From positions 206,460,001-206,524,000 of the forward strand of contig NC_042997.1 in assembly GCF_006345805.1 (NCBI RefSeq): a DNA stretch of 64,000 nt. The letters are read 5' to 3'. Shown in pieces: positions 63,368 to 64,000 of this stretch. Every line of letters begins with the position of its first letter. Position 1 is the first letter of the stretch. Origin of the DNA: Octopus sinensis (taxonomy: Eukaryota). The translations under genes were made by a program, and so were the position numbers. Under the pieces are notes generated by a model, which did no database searches, was not told the origin of the DNA, and saw only the letters and a list, made by a program, of their open reading frames with translations.

Positions 63368-64000
63368 GTAAGTATATTATAATCAACATCATCATCCTCA
63401 TCTACCCACCCTTCCTATTGTCCTGAGCTGGACAGTCACTCTCCACATTGATTGCTGTTTAGAATCCTTTCTCACACAGAGAGGATGTCATGTTGCTCAC
63501 ACATTCCATGTTTGGCATCGTTTCTACTGCCAGGTCCCCTTCCTAACATCTTCTGCTCTAGAGTAAACCAGGTGTATTTTATTATTGTGGAACCAACACT
63601 TTTATTTGGATTGGGAGGAAGGGTCTGTCCCCATCCATTAATGTTCCTCTTGAACCTTTGTAAATGAAAATATTGCAGGAAAGATAAGAGAAGGGGTGGA
63701 ATTTCAGAGGGATAATGTTATAGGAAGAAGGAAAAAGTTTAGTGGAGAGTCTGCAGGACTAGACAGAAATATCAACAAGCGAACACCAGGCCTAGCAATC
63801 ACCATTCTGAGTGTGTCAATTCTAGATATACTGAGATAATCAATCCAGTGTTGTTAACTCTCATTGAAATATTCAATGTCTGCTACGGCCTAGAAATTGG
63901 TTAAGGGACATTTAATAACTGTACAGAAATCTGATAAACCAGCAGAGGTCACTCCATTTAGATATCTCAAACGACCCTCTCTCACTAACTCTTTTATCAT

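Overview
Repeat-saturated, AT-rich animal genomic DNA. The SINE, RTE-tail and microsatellite repertoire matches what I know of Octopus genomes; the taxon is an inference. Host-gene content is six exons of PARP14/15-like macro-PARP genes in two oppositely oriented copies. Copy A (minus strand) has exons at 25208-25154, 19548-19364 and 8974-8609; the last carries the WWE domain and has three frameshifts. Copy B (plus strand) has a paralogous 55-nt exon at 29095-29149 and two intact catalytic-domain exons at 62667-62800 and 63190-63367. The two 3' halves point away from each other with no recognisable 5' exons between them, and I found no plus-strand WWE exon. The rest of the window is: a 6.6-kb (ATT/CTT)n compound microsatellite; RTE LINEs (one near-intact, with a PHD-like finger and a minisatellite-bearing 3' UTR); head-to-tail stacks of (TAA)n-associated R4/Dong-type LINEs (one near-intact, 1228 codons); a recurrent ~550-bp non-coding (AAT)-tailed element; a non-autonomous LTR element with a tRNA-Trp PBS; an hATm-type transposon with a nested MITE and SINE; mariner/Tc1, Tx1/L1 and Penelope fragments; and two minimal hammerhead-ribozyme folds that share a non-canonical core. 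Boundaries of degraded repeats are approximate (by eye), and family names come from motif recognition, not database searches.
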